Positions 51,032 to 63,522 of a DNA stretch of 64,000 nucleotides are shown in pieces (positions within the stretch are counted from its first letter, which is position 1; every line of letters begins with the position of its first letter). The DNA lies in assembly GCF_006345805.1 (NCBI RefSeq), contig NC_043013.1, forward strand, positions 15,190,001-15,254,000, written 5' to 3'. A model generated the notes under the pieces. It saw only the letters and a list, made by a program, of their open reading frames with translations, did not search any database and was not told the DNA's origin. The translations under genes and the position numbers were made by a program. Source of the stretch: Octopus sinensis (taxonomy: Eukaryota).

Positions 51032-51207
51032 AAATTTGACGTAACTTCGGTATAGGTACCGGATACATTTCAAGAAAGTGGTTTTTTTTTATATATACTT
51101 GGCGGGGGGTTAGGGGTGGGAGAAATGGGTATCTGTTATCTTCAGAAATGTAAACAAAGCCACTTCCAATACTTACGGTACCTATACCGAAGGATCGCCA
51201 CAAATTT
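51032..51207. mobile_element. MITE-like element with imperfect about 50-bp TIRs
   Basis: Perfect 17-bp inverted core cttcggtataggtaccg (51045-51061) / cggtacctataccgaag (51176-51192), G-rich centre. Confidence 0.65.
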
Positions 51208-52599
51208 AATGCTTCATAATACACTTACTGAAGAATATTTTAAAGTTTTTTTCTTTTTTTGTGGAAAATGTAAGATTCTGTACATGTACATACAATATTG
51301 TGACAACATAATGGAATAAAGTAGGGTTTATCATAAATACGCTACTTTATGGGAGTACCATATCTCAGCTTTATCTCCTTTCAAATCAAGTGATTTGTTG
51401 TTTATAGTTCACCTAAGAGATTTGCTATACAAGAAGTAAAACTCGTATTTCTGGCTGACTAATCGCTATTGACCGTGGGAGTAACGTACCCACCATTTAT
51501 TTTCCTAGAATTTTTCATTTAGATACTAGGATAATTTTACGACCAGAATTGGCCCAGACCTTTTCTAACTAAATAACATGACCTGGAAAAGATGGTTTGG
51601 GTCAGGATGCTCACATAAGTTGGAATTTTCCACTTTTTTTTTACCACAGCCTTCGAAATGATGGGGGACATCTTTTTATGAAAGAAAAAAATTTGAAAAA
51701 TTTACGAATTTCACCACCCCACTCCAGACCGATTTGGGCCTTTTTTGTGGCACCACGCTCTTAAAAACCATGAGAGAGGCTTCTTCAGTAAAAAGAAAAA
51801 AATTTAGATATTTTCAGACGAAAAGGCGTGTGAGATTTGGCTATTGTTTCTAGCATATCCCATGACCACCTTCCTCATTTTTTTGTCATTCTCACATGTA
51901 TTGAGGTTTTCCAGTATTTTTGTCCCCATAAACACATTTCATGGTGTGATGATGGTAGCTGCTTTCTTGTATATGAGCAAAGCCATTCCCATAAAGAATC
52001 AACCTGTAGTCTAATGTTGGGATATAAGCACAAAAGAAAAAAAATTGTCATTTAAATTAAGCCCCCTCGCCCATTAAACCAAACGAGTTCGTGTGCATAA
52101 GAAAAAACAAATTTACAAACAGAAAAGTGTGCTATGAAAATAAATGATCTTTTACATAGTTTTTTCTGAAATCACTGGGTAAATCCCAGCAATGACCTTA
52201 AGCTCTCCAATATTTTGAAAATATAAGCAGAAACAGTGGGGTGAGGTTTGAAAAAAATCATAAGATTTAAAATTTTTTGACGGGAGGAAAAAAAAAAATC
52301 ATAGTTTCAAAAAAAATTTTTCACGAAAAGATGCCCCACCAAATTTTGAAGACTATGGTGAAAAGAAAATTGAAAATTCCCTATCAAAGTGGAGAAATTC
52401 CAACTCATGTCGATGTCTGGATCCGAAACTCTGCCGATGTTTCTTGTAGCAGTCATTCTTTGGGCACCATAGCCTATTTGCATAAAGAGTTATTGTTTGC
52501 AGAGATATATCTGAGTATAGGTGGTTTGAATTTTTGGGAGATTTTCGTTCAGGACCCATTTGAATGTCGAGATCTTTTTCTACTCTTACGTGTCTTGGC

Positions 52600-53520
52600 A
52601 CAATGTTAAGGAGGGCAGAGCCAGTTGAGGTGAAATGTCATAGTATTGTGATGTGACACCAGGAGGATTTTTGTAGAGGACAGGTGGCAAGGGGAACAAG
52701 CCTTGGGTGAATTTTAAAATTGATACCAACATCATTTCATCAGTGCTGTTTGAATATTTTCCATATCATTACAAATGATATAGCGCTCGGGGCAGCATTG
52801 GAGGGAATAAAGTTCGAGTTTCTCAAGATGATTCCAATAATCAAGACATGTCTATTTTCCTTGTGATCATCTCTTGGATGTTTCACGTTTTATATGTTGT
52901 TTCGTGTGGGGAGATCACAGCAGACAACTGTATTCAAGGTGAAGATGAACAAAGGTAGTGAAGAGAAGGATAATGGTAGGAGTGTGTCTCTAGACAAAAT
53001 GTTCCGAGGATCCAGGAGCATACCCTGCAAGCCATGCTGACTTAGTGTTTATGTGGGCACACAAGCTTAAATTGTTGTTGATAGTTACTTCGAGGTCCCT
53101 AGGAGTGTTTGATGCCATGGATAACAGCAAGAAGATTTGATTGGAGATTAGTCTGGTCTCCTGCTCTGTCATTGACCTTCAGAACCTTAGTCATCTTTGA
53201 AAATTCTAATGCTGCTGTTTGATGACATTGATGTAAATAGTGAAAAGATGTAGAGCCAATACAGTGCCTGTAGGACTTCACTGAGGACTCTTGCTGAGCT
53301 TGATTAAACACCATCCATCACCACATGCTGGGTTCTTTTTGCCAAAAAGCACTTTTGCTCATTTTAACAGTTTCTCTTGGACACCTATTGATTTCCTCCA
53401 GAGAATAGCTAAAGGAGATGCCAGTTGATGATGGCAGTTCTTGAGGACTAGTGGGGAATCTGTCAAGGTCTGCAGCTGAGTTATTTGTAATTTTGTTAAT
53501 ATCTGCTGTGATATCTGAAG
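52600..53520 (-). mobile_element. Old LINE-like remnant (clade uncertain)
   Basis: Coding-like composition with broken minus-strand ORFs (52990-53314), no splice structure, loose RT C-terminal resemblance only. Confidence 0.3.
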
Positions 53521-53894
53521 TACCAAATGATATATTAGATAGGGTGATAATTAAATAATATTACAGTTATTGTGCCTAGCTCACCTGGTTCTCTAGAGTA
53601 TAACACTCAGTTTATAATAAACCATAGGGCCTTTTTTTTTTTTTATAAAAACAAATGCACGTCTTATATACCTGCAGATATGGTGTGTGTGTTTGCATTT
53701 ATATATAAGGAAAGAGAAATATGACTATAAAGGGATTTTGAGAAGCTTGCTTCCTAATGACATGGTTCCAGGTTCAGTCCCACTGCATGACACCTTGGGT
53801 TGACCAAAACCTTGTGAGTGGATTTTGTTGACAGAAACTGAAACTTATATAAGTTATATATTATATAAATGTATATGTGCCTATATATACATTT

Positions 53895-54912
53895 ATATAG
53901 AAAGTTATTTCGATTTTTAGTATAAAATAAAAGTTGTTTTTTTTTTTCATACAAAGAATGAACTTTAATCAATTATATATTTTCCATTTTGTTCGATGAC
54001 CTTTTGCCATCTTTCTAGCAACTTCGTGATTCCTCGCTCATAGAACTTCTGGTCCTTAGCTGAAAACTGAATCAAGTGCAATTTCAGATCATCATCATTA
54101 TTGAAAGAATTTTGCAAACTTTGAAGTAAATGTCATAGTGGAACACGATTCCTTTATGATTTGCCAATTCTGGCTGTTTCATTAGTTGTTGACAGTAAAC
54201 ATCTGAATTGATTGTTTGGTTCCTTGAAAACAGCTCAGAATACACAACACCTTTGTAATCCTACCATATTGACGGCATGACCTTTTTCCAGTGTGGTCGG
54301 TACTGGTTCATTATGCTTGGGCTATTATCGTTTTTGATTGATGTTATTGTAGACAATCAATTTTTCATCACCAGTGATGATTTGTTTAAAAAAAAAGTCA
54401 ATTTCATTGCATTTGAGATGTATATCGGAAATATTGATTCATTGTGTTGAGTGAATCTCTTTCAATTTATGTAGAACCCAAATATCGAGCTTTTTTAACA
54501 AGTCCAAGACATTTTAAGTGATTTTCAATTGTTGTGTATGGTACAGATTCAATTATGGCTTTGATTTGGTCATCATCAACTTCAGAAGGTCAACTAGAAT
54601 GTTGGTCATCTTTGAGTGAAAAATCTTCAGAAAAGAATTTTTAAAACCATTTCTGACGTTTATTCTGTTAAGTATTCAACACCATAAACTTCACATATCT
54701 CAACAGCTTTCTTGCCTTTACGGAAATAAAAAAGCAAAATATGATGAAAATATTAGTTTTTGCACTCAATGTTAAAATAGACACTGTACTAACAGCTGTA
54801 AACAAAATGATGTGCAATTTGCTTCTAAAGTAAACTAAAGGTAACGGCTAAGGAAAAATCATAACTCTATTCATATTTGCAAAAAATGAAATTACTTTCT
54901 TGCCAACCCACT
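53895..54912 (-). mobile_element. Degenerate, internally deleted mariner transposon
   Basis: Minus-strand fragments KQIITGDEKLIVYNN (TGDEKW motif) and FYERGITKLLERWQKVIEQNGKYIID*. TIR-like end gggttggcaagaaagtaatttc near 54910. Contains stops and frameshifts. Confidence 0.88.
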
Positions 54913-55854
54913 ATATCTGTGTTTGTCCCCCACCACTGCTTGGCAATCGGTGCTGGTGTGTTTACATCCCCATAACATAACAGTTTGGCAAAAGGGACTG
55001 ATAGAATAACTACCAGGCTTAACAAGTACTGGGGTCGATTCTTTTGACTAAAAACTCAAGGTAGTGCCCCTGCATGGCCACAGTCTAATGACTGAAACAA
55101 GTTAAAGCTAATAAATAAATATGGTATATTAATCAGTAAATATTCTATATCAATGAGATCAAAATAATTCAATTAATCTTTGGTCTGGAATTTTTTCCAT
55201 CTGGTTTTGTTTTACTATGTAATACAAAAACTGCTTTCTTAACTCCTTTCTATATCAAGCCACCTAAGACCATTTGTAATTGTACGACAAACCTCTTCAT
55301 ATTTAAATTAAAACACTTTGATCCTAATTAAGAATCTTTTCTGTCCTAAACACCAGTTTTATAAGGAAAAGTTGTACTAAATCCCTGTTATTCTCAAAAT
55401 GAAACTGAAACATTTAGCTTTTTTTTTTATTTCGTCTGAGTAGGCAATACAGTAACCATAATCCTTTCCAGAACCTCTGAGACTGGAGTAAAGAAGGAAG
55501 GAAGTTATCTTCAAACCTGAAACATTTGTCTTGTGCTTGCAACTGGAGTGCAGTCTGTTAGAAGCTTTTTAAGCAATTAGTAATGTTACACTGGATATCA
55601 TTTTTCAGTGACCACTTTTCCATGCTTGCATGGATCAGACTGAGTTTATTTGTTGAGGTAGATTTTCTTTGGTCAGATACCCTTCTTCTTGCCAGCACTC
55701 ACCTGTTTCCAAGCAAGTTAATATTTCCCCATAACCAGACATATTCTCACACAATACTGGAAAGGAACAACATCGCTTGTATAATGGTGATGTACGTTTA
55801 CAACCATCATGTGATGTCAACACAGCTGTACATACACACACACACGTGTGTGTA

Positions 55855-56166
55855 TTTTTTTTTTTTTTTGTTCCTTCTCGAGCCATGCCTGGCTCATAAG
55901 GGCCAGTTTCCCGGTTTCCTTGGCATATAGGTTCCCCACTTGGATGGGACGCCGGTCCGTTGCAGGTGAGCTGCAAGATGCAGGAGGAAAGAATGAGAGA
56001 AAGTTGTGGCGAAAGAGTCAGCAGAAGTTCACCATTACCTTCTGCCAGAGTCACGTGGAGATTAGGTGTTTTCGCTCATAAACACACACATCGCCCAGTC
56101 TGAGATTTGAACCCACGATCCCTCGACCGCGAGTCCGCTGCTCTAGCCACTAGGCCATGTGCCTCC
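55855..56166 (-). mobile_element. Young full-length tRNA-derived SINE with poly(A) tail and TSD of at least 15 bp
   Basis: Head GGAGGCACATGGCCTAGTGG...GGGTTCAAATCT (A/B boxes), CpGs intact, poly(T) at 55855-55869 on plus, TSD acacacgtgtgtgta at 55840-55854 and 56167-56181. Confidence 0.9.
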
Positions 56167-56194
56167 ACACACGTGTGTGTATATATACATATGT

Positions 56195-56350
56195 ATCATC
56201 GTTTAATATCCACTTTCCATGCTGGCATGAGTTGGACAGTTTGACATGGAGCTGTCCAGACTCCAGCTGTGGCATGGTTTCTATGGCTGGATGTCCTTCC
56301 TAATGCCAACCACTTAGAGTGTGCTGGGTGCTTTTTATGTGCCACTGGCG
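56195..56350 (-). mobile_element. Reverse-orientation copy of the RTE-associated element; related copies at about 2218-2350, 4365-4460, 55610-55740 and 56670-56810
   Basis: catcgtttaatatccactttccatgctggcatgagttggacag..ggctggatgtccttcctaatgccaaccac is the reverse complement of the family 3' end. Confidence 0.8.
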
Positions 56351-57689
56351 TAGCTGCATTTATGCAGTACTGACACCTGAAAGGACAAGCTTGTATGTGT
56401 AAGACGGTGATTTTACTTAGCTTGATGTGTCTTATCAAGTACAGCAAATTGCCGCATGATGGGTTTCTTCAAGTTTCCACCAAACCTACTCAAGACTTTG
56501 ATTGGCCCAAGGCTATAATAGGAGACACTTGTCCAAGATGCCATGTAATGGATTGAACTTGAGACTGCATAGTTAGGAAGCAAGTTTTCATCCAGACCTG
56601 CAGCTGCAACAAACTAAATTTCTTACTGAAGAAGAACAACTCCTCACAATAGCTCCTACATACTTTCCATCATCATCATCATTGTTTTTATCATCCACTT
56701 TTCCATGCTTACATGGGTCAGGTAGAATTCATTGGGTGTAGACATTCCATGCCTGGATGCTCTTCCTGTTGCCAACCATCACCTGCTTCCAAGCAAGTTA
56801 ATATTTCCCTATATTTTCATGGCCTTTGGTGGAAATGTGTCATAGCTTCCACACAGTAGGACTGAACCTGAAATCATGTGGTTGAGAAGAGAACTTTTTA
56901 AGCACACGGCCATTCCAAATTTCACTTACAAGGCTTTGGTCGACTTCAAGCTATAGTAAAAGATTTGTATGGTGGGATTAAACTGAAAACTATGTGCAGG
57001 GTACATAAAAGAAAAAAGACGTCAGATTTACCATTCTTGATTGATGCTTCAACAGCAAATACATCCAAATCATGATAGTAACTGAAAAACATGATAAAAC
57101 AGTAACAATATGTAGATGCTGTTACCACCTGCCAAACTTTACTAGTATCACACCAATAGCTGTAAAAATCAAGTGTTTTTCTCTTGCACTAGTTTTGAAG
57201 CGTCTTTTTAACCACATGTTCATGTTTCTACCCAGTGTGTTGTAAATAAGTTGAATTTTCTCTTTCAAAATGGTTTGAACTTAAAAAAAACAGCGGTAAT
57301 TAGTTTATTCTCTTGAAATTAGTGTCCTCCCACTCTCTTTTGGTGTTGATTGTTTGTATTGTATTGTATTCTTGTAAGGAAATGAGGTTTTGTATGAATA
57401 TTATCAACGACTTTATCTCTATGGAGAATGTCATTATTTTTCCTTCAAAATAGTATTTTCTGCAACAAATTGAATTAGAAGAATTTGACCAGTATACTAT
57501 CAAGAAATACAATGATATAATGGTGTATTGGTTAGATGAATTGTGTTTGAAGATTCTATCCAAAGGTTTATTTTGTTATTGCTTGTTTTCTTGATAGATG
57601 TTTATTTGTGTTTACCACTTTTTAATGCATTTATTTCCTATTTACTAGGTTGTGATGCTGGCTGTGTCAGCATATTGGTGAGGAGCATC

Positions 57690-57774
57690 ATGGCAGAGAC
57701 TGAGTTCAGAGTGAAATGTGTTCAGTGTAAGAATGGGGAAGTTTCTTCTAGATGTACAGAAGCCTTCAATGTAA
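57690..57774 (+). CDS. TOPBP1: Probable TOPBP1 first coding exon (MAETEFRVKCVQCKNGEVSSRCTEAFN[V]); exon starts at 57649; 3' end is 57770 or 57774
   Basis: Acceptor atttcctatttactag, ATG in good context (atcATGG), overlapping donors GTAAGT/GTACGT. Aligns loosely with the TOPBP1 N-terminus as I recall it. Confidence 0.7.
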
Positions 57775-58344
57775 GTACGTTGTTTAGCCCTAGCTTTTGA
57801 CCTATGGTCAGAAGTGTTCCTGTTGTGATCATGGGTTTTTTTTACTTTATTTTTGTGTTCCCTGGATGGTATCACTCACTGTGTCCTTCCTTGTTCAAGA
57901 CAGTTGTGTGTGATTTCAAAAAGAGATTTGGATGTTAATTCTAAAGGTTCCAAAAGAGACTTAGATGTTTTCATAGCCAGAGCAGTTTTTACAGGCTCTG
58001 CTATGGTTAGAATGACTAGTTCATGTCTCTCCCATTGGATTTGTGTTTAAAGAATTAATATGATTTTTACAAATATCAAGCACTGAAATTGCATAAATCA
58101 TTTATTTCTGTAAGGAAATTCATTTCAGCAATTATTTATTTCTTTTTCTGTAGTTTCAGCTCATAGCTACAGCCATGCTGATGCACTGCCGTTTTATGAA
58201 TAATATGGTAAAAACAACAGGATTCATTAGTGCAAACCATAATATTTAGCAGTGACATAGGAGTAACATTTGAAATCAAGAAATGTGCTATGGTAGAGAT
58301 GAAATAATTAATAAAAGGTATTGGAAATCGAAATCAAATTCGAT

Positions 58345-58806
58345 GACAGCACCGCTTGACTGGCATCCGTGCTAGTGGAGCACTAAGAGCACCATCCGAG
58401 TGTGATTGTTGCCAGGGTCGCTGACTGGTTCCCGTCTCAGTGGCACATAAAAACCACCATTCGAGCATGATCGTTACCAGTGACGCCTTACTGGCACTTG
58501 TGCAGGTGGCACGTGATAAACAACAGTCGAGCAAGGTCATTGCCAGTGCCACTGGACTGGCTCCTGTGAAGGTGGAAAATAAAAAAACACCATTTGTGTG
58601 TGGTTGTTGCCAGTATTGCCTGACTGGCCCTTGTGCTGGTAGCACGTAAAAGCACCTACTACACTCTCGGAGTGGTTGGCATTAGGAAGGGCATGCCAGA
58701 TAGATTGGAGCTTGGTGCAGCCATCTGGCTCGCCAGTCCTCAGTCAAACCATCCAACCCATGCCAGTATGGAAAGCGGACGTTAAACAATGATGATGATG
58801 ATGATG
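58345..58806 (+). mobile_element. Same RTE-associated element with tandem units and (GAT)n tail
   Basis: Shared 3' end ccaacccatgccagtatggaaagcggacgttaaacaatgatgatg. Confidence 0.85.
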
Positions 58807-58861
58807 CTATTGGAAAAGAATAGAAAATCATTAAATGTAAAAGGAACATTATAACTATTTA

Positions 58862-59980
58862 GAGTGGCAAGCTGACAGAATCATTAGAGCATCAGATAGA
58901 ATGCTTTGTAGCATTCATTTCAGCTTTGCATTCTGATTAACTTAGGTCCCAGTGTCTGTAATAAGTACATCCTCCTCTCAAAGTGGTTAGCCTTGTGCTA
59001 AAATTTGAGACCAGGACTGGCAAAATCATTAGAGCTTTGGACAAAATTTTTAACAGCATTTCTTTTGTTCTGAGGTCAACTTTGTCTTTCATCCTCTCAG
59101 AGTTGATATAATAAAGTGCCAGTCAAGCAATGGAGTTGATATAATCAACTAGCTCTCTTCCCCAAAATTTCAGGACTTATGCCTATAGCAGAAAAGATTA
59201 TTAAGAGAACTGTGTTCAGGGCTTTTCCTCTGCAGCTAAGACCCCTTCGGATTTTTTATGTCACATGAAGAGTAAGGTTAGATTGAAGAGGGACGTGCTA
59301 ATCTCCAATAAAAATTTGCTGAAAGGTAAATGAGTGTGGCCTGGCCAAATAGAGCTACTCTTAAAATCTAGCTGTCAAGTGCAGACAAAAATTGGGAGAA
59401 ATAACTCTCATCTCCCTATTTCTGTTTTCTCAAATATCTCTCATTTGCTGCATTTCTGGACATTAAAAGTGATATTATTATTTAACGAGTGCTATTTACT
59501 TTCACCTTATTCAAAACCTTGCTTGGATTGATTTTGCATTTCATTTTAAGTTAATATATTATAAATTACTATTCAACTCTTAATCTAACCAAAATCTATG
59601 TCCTTCTGCCTAACTTAGAAACAAATATTCTTTCATCTTTTTGGGGTTGATAATTTGCCTTTCATTCTTTCAAGGTCAGTAAAATAAAGTACTGGGGTTG
59701 ATGATATCGACTAACACAACTCCACTTAAAATTCTGACCTTGTGCCTTAATTAGAAACAATTATATAAGGCATTGGTTTAGGATGAATTATTAGTATCAG
59801 ATTAAATGCCTTGTAGTATTTCTTCCAACATTGTACTCAAATCCTATTGAGATCAACTTTGCCTTTCATTCCTTGGGGTTCATAAAATAAAGGACCAGTC
59901 AAGTACTGAAGTTGATGATATTGACTAACCCCCTACCTTCAAAATTGCTTATCTTGTGCCTAAATTACAAACAATTATTA
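58862..59980 (+). mobile_element. Cluster of tandem, diverged copies of the second SINE family
   Basis: Repeated motifs caactttgcctttcat, taaaataaagtac/gaccagtcaag and cttgtgcctaaattagaaacaatta. Confidence 0.65.
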
Positions 59981-60072
59981 ATGTCTTTACTAAGTTTTAT
60001 ACATTCGTGTTACTCTGTAGCAATTAAATAGAAGACAATTATAACAGCTTTTTCTTTTGTTTTTTCGTCCAG

Positions 60073-60214
60073 GCATTAAAGCTTATGGCTTTAAACCCCA
60101 GTGGATTACCGAAGATGAGTGTTTAAATATAATGCAGAAAGATAAAAACACAGCGTATCTGTGTGATAAATTTGAAGGAGATGCTTTTGAACACCTAAAG
60201 TCACATGGGTTGAG
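60073..60214 (+). CDS. TOPBP1: Probable TOPBP1 BRCT0 exon (IKAYGFKPQWITEDECLNIMQKDKNTAYLCDKFEGDAFEHLKSHGLR); gene continues beyond the window
   Basis: Long pyrimidine tract plus ccag, AG|GTCAGT donor. Matches the recalled TOPBP1 BRCT0 pattern ITEEEALKI...YICDPF.G..FDHLKKLGCR better than ECT2. Confidence 0.8.
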
Positions 60215-60520
60215 GTCAGTAAATAGATTATTATTATCAGAGAAGTAATAAAAATGAAGTCAGTAAAAGGATATGTGATGGCATGGATGATGCAAGCCTA
60301 TACTTGTTTTTATATTTCTAAGAGATTATCCCCAATTTTGTGTGTAAGTGAATGAATGGCCCTTGTATTAGTTTTGGTGAATGAGCGTGTGACATATTTG
60401 GTTTGGAATTACTGACTCTTTGTGTTAAACCATGTGTTTTATGTATATTCATAGTTATACACATAGATGCATGAGCATGCACACTCATGCATATATGTAT
60501 ATTTTATATATATACATTTT

Positions 60521-60659
60521 TGGCATTAGGAAGGGCATCCAGCCGTAGAAACATTGCCAGATCAGACTGGGCCTGGTGCAACCTTCTGGCTTCCAGACCC
60601 CAGTTGAACTGTCCAACCCATGCTAGCATGGAAAGTGGACGCTAAACAATGATGATGAT
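60521..60659 (+). mobile_element. 5'-truncated copy of the RTE-associated element
   Basis: Close match to 39040-39176. Confidence 0.8.
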
Positions 60660-61251
60660 ATATGTATAAATGCCAAAACGAATTTCTGTGTGTCAGTGTG
60701 TCACACTTCGACCCCATCTTTCACTATTCAATGACACTGCTACTATTCCTCATGTTGGGGTGATAGTAATAGTGTGAGCTGTAGTTGTGGAGGTGATGGT
60801 GGTGGTAGCCGAGGTGGTCAGGGATGGCGATGATAGGAAGCGATGTGAAAGACAGTGGTGATGGTGGTAGAGGGGAAGGCAGTGAAGTCAAAGATATTGA
60901 TTGTGGTGGCATCAGAAGTCTGAATGGTGTGTGTAGGGCAGTTGTGGTGGTGATGGTTGAAAACTATCAATAGAAAGAGGGAGATAGAGAGAAAGAGGTT
61001 TGATAGAAAAAATAAAATTGTACTAACCCCTGAATGGGAAGACAAAAAAATATTGTTTATCATGCAGCTTTGCAAAAGCTCCAAGTCGGCAAATTATATC
61101 ATTGTTTTGAGGAAAATTGCTTATTGCTTGAAAAATATTGGTCAAGTTTAACAAAATTTTATTTTTACTCAATGAATGAAGTGTCATTGATGGGTCCAAG
61201 ACCCTTCACAGGAGCTAGCTCAAAAGCTGCCTGATATGGTGGCTTTTAAGC

Positions 61252-61407
61252 TAGCGGAATGGTTGGCGTTAGGAACGGCATCCAGCTGTAGAAACTTTGC
61301 CAGATCAGATTGGAGCCTAGTGCAGCTTTCTGGCATCCTAGCCCTCAGTCGGACCGTCCAACACATGCCAGCATGGAAAACGGACGTTAAACGACGATGA
61401 TGATGAT
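61252..61407 (+). mobile_element. 5'-truncated copy of the RTE-associated element
   Basis: ggttggcgttaggaacggcatccagctgtagaaac...gcatggaaaacggacgttaaacgacgatgatg. Confidence 0.8.
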
Positions 61408-61796
61408 CATCATCATCATATATATACATACATACACACACACAGACTTATATATACTCTTGACAAATGCATAGTTTTCTGTCATTAATCTAACACCACT
61501 GTTGCTTGAAACACTTCCAGAAAATGTAGAATTTGGGTAAGAGCATATATATTATTGTTGTCATTTTAATGTCCATTTTGCATGGATTGGACAGAATTTA
61601 TTGATTTTCTTTGGCCAGGTACTCTTCCTGTTGCCAACCCTTACCTACTTTCAAGCAAGGTAATATTTTCCCACATTCAGGCATGCTTTTCATGGAATGT
61701 TGGAAATGAAGGACATCACTTGCAAGATGGTGACACTTGCTTTCAACTAAGTGGTGTCAAGACAAGGAGACAATAACAAATATACACATATATGTA

Positions 61797-62290
61797 CAGG
61801 GTGCATAAGATATTTGAGGACAGATTTATGTTTATAAAAAAAAACCCAGATATATAATAACAGATAATAACTTTATTTATCAAAAAATGTTATGATGATA
61901 AAAATAAACCTTCTTTTCTACAATGTTATTCAATAAAGCCACCTTCACCTTCAACAACTGCTTCTATATGAGATCTAAATCATATACATGCTTGAATCAA
62001 GTGGTCCTGGTTCATTTTGGACATTACTCTGACTATGGCAGCTTTCAAAGAATCTTTGGTGTTATGGGTGTGTTCAATAACCTCTCTCTCAATAACACTC
62101 CACATGTAATAGTCCAATGGATTGAAATCTGGGGAATTAGGAAGCCAAATGTTAGGGGGTTATGTGATCATGAAAATTTTCAGCCATCCATTCCAGTGTT
62201 ACTAGAGCCATGTGTGATAGTGCAGAGTATTACTGAAACACATATGGCCTTCCATTGCATCATTATATCATTCTATCTTGGTCAGTGAGA
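61797..62290 (-). mobile_element. Tc1/mariner-superfamily transposase 3' remnant with TA|CAGGGTG terminus
   Basis: Minus strand reads IWLPNSPDFNPLDYYMWSVIE (WPxxSPDLNP motif) and ...IEAVVEGEGGFIE*. Terminus tacagggtg at 61795. Confidence 0.85.
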
Positions 62291-62904
62291 TGAATACATT
62301 TTGACCTAGTTAAGGTTTCTTCTACTGCTAAGTAGAAGTTTAAATGACACCAGAACTATAGCTATATCGTATTTCTTTATGTGTGTGTGTGTGTGTATTC
62401 AAAATATGTGAAGGAAGCAGTTCTAAGATAAAATTTTTATCTATGTAACATACTTAATGTATATTTATTATTGAAAACCCAGAGGCTGCAATTAGTTTTG
62501 GAGGGAAAATTCCCATTATAGACTTATTGTTTTAAAAAACACAATATACTTCAGAGCTTGGTGAAATGAAATTGCCCTGGAAGTGAATACAAGAGCAACA
62601 AATGCACATTTCGCACTGTTTATAGCTTTTATGTTATATAGATGAAGATTTCATCCTAAAGTTGCTCCTTTTGCTATATATGCAGCTTATATGTTACAGT
62701 ATGCATTGGGTGCATTTTATTGTGCCACTGGTACTTCAGAGATTGACAGTGTTAGGACTAGAACCTCCTCTACTTTATATCAGTTTTTTTTAAAGAGTTC
62801 TTGCTCTTTAGCTGAATTGCCATTGTTGTTGCTTGTAGGTTCCTCAATTACCTATGTAATTTAGTCTGTTCTTTTCCAGTACTACTTAGTTTGTTTGCAT
62901 AAGT

Positions 62905-63150
62905 GGAGGTACATGACTTAGTGGTTAGGGTGTTGGACTCATGATTGTAAGACTGTGGGTTTGATTTCTGAACTGGACAACAGGTGTTCTTGAGAAACCC
63001 ATTTCATTTCACATTGTTCCAGTTCACTCAGCTGACAAAAATGAGTAATCCTGCGACAGACTGGTGTCCCATTGATGGGATTATATATTATGTCACAGAA
63101 ACTGGGAAACCAGCCCTCTGAGTCTATGTCTCTGGAAGACTCTTTAACCT
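62905..63150 (+). mobile_element. tRNA-derived SINE, diverged
   Basis: Head ggaggtacatgacttagtggttagggtgttggactc. 3' part cctgcgacagactggtgtccc..gggaaac resembles the 55855-56166 copy. Confidence 0.75.
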
Positions 63151-63179
63151 ATCATGTTTACATTAGTTTACAGTATATG

Positions 63180-63522
63180 GCCATTGCCAGAGCAGCTATC
63201 TGGCCTCCGTGCTGGTGGCATGTAAAAGACACCATTCGAGCGTGATCGTTACCAGCATCGCCTTACTGGCACCTGTGCTGGTGGCATGTGTAAAAGATTC
63301 AAGTGAGGTCATTGCCAGTACCTCCTGACTGGCCCCATGCCGGTAGCACGTAAAAGCACCCACTACACTCTCGGAGTGGTTGGTGTTAGGAAGGGGATCC
63401 AGCTGTAGAAACTCTGCCAGATCAAGATTGAAGCCTGGTGCAGCCATCTGGTTCGCCAGCCCTCAGTCAGTCGTCCAACCCATGCTAGCATGGAAAGCGG
63501 ACGTTAAACGATGATGATGATG
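63180..63522 (+). mobile_element. Same RTE-associated element
   Basis: Tandem units plus the conserved 3' end and (GAT)n. Confidence 0.85.

Noticed and set aside
55478-55535. Hammerhead-like AGAAGG...CCTGAAACATTTGTC
   Set aside because: No CUGANGA core or convincing helix I. At most a decayed remnant.
56090-56166. Possible tRNA gene
   Set aside because: It is the head of a SINE with body, poly(A) and TSD, and has no complete cloverleaf.
57300-57600. Coding-looking stretch upstream of the TOPBP1 ATG exon
   Set aside because: Stops in candidate frames, no good donor and no recognisable motif.
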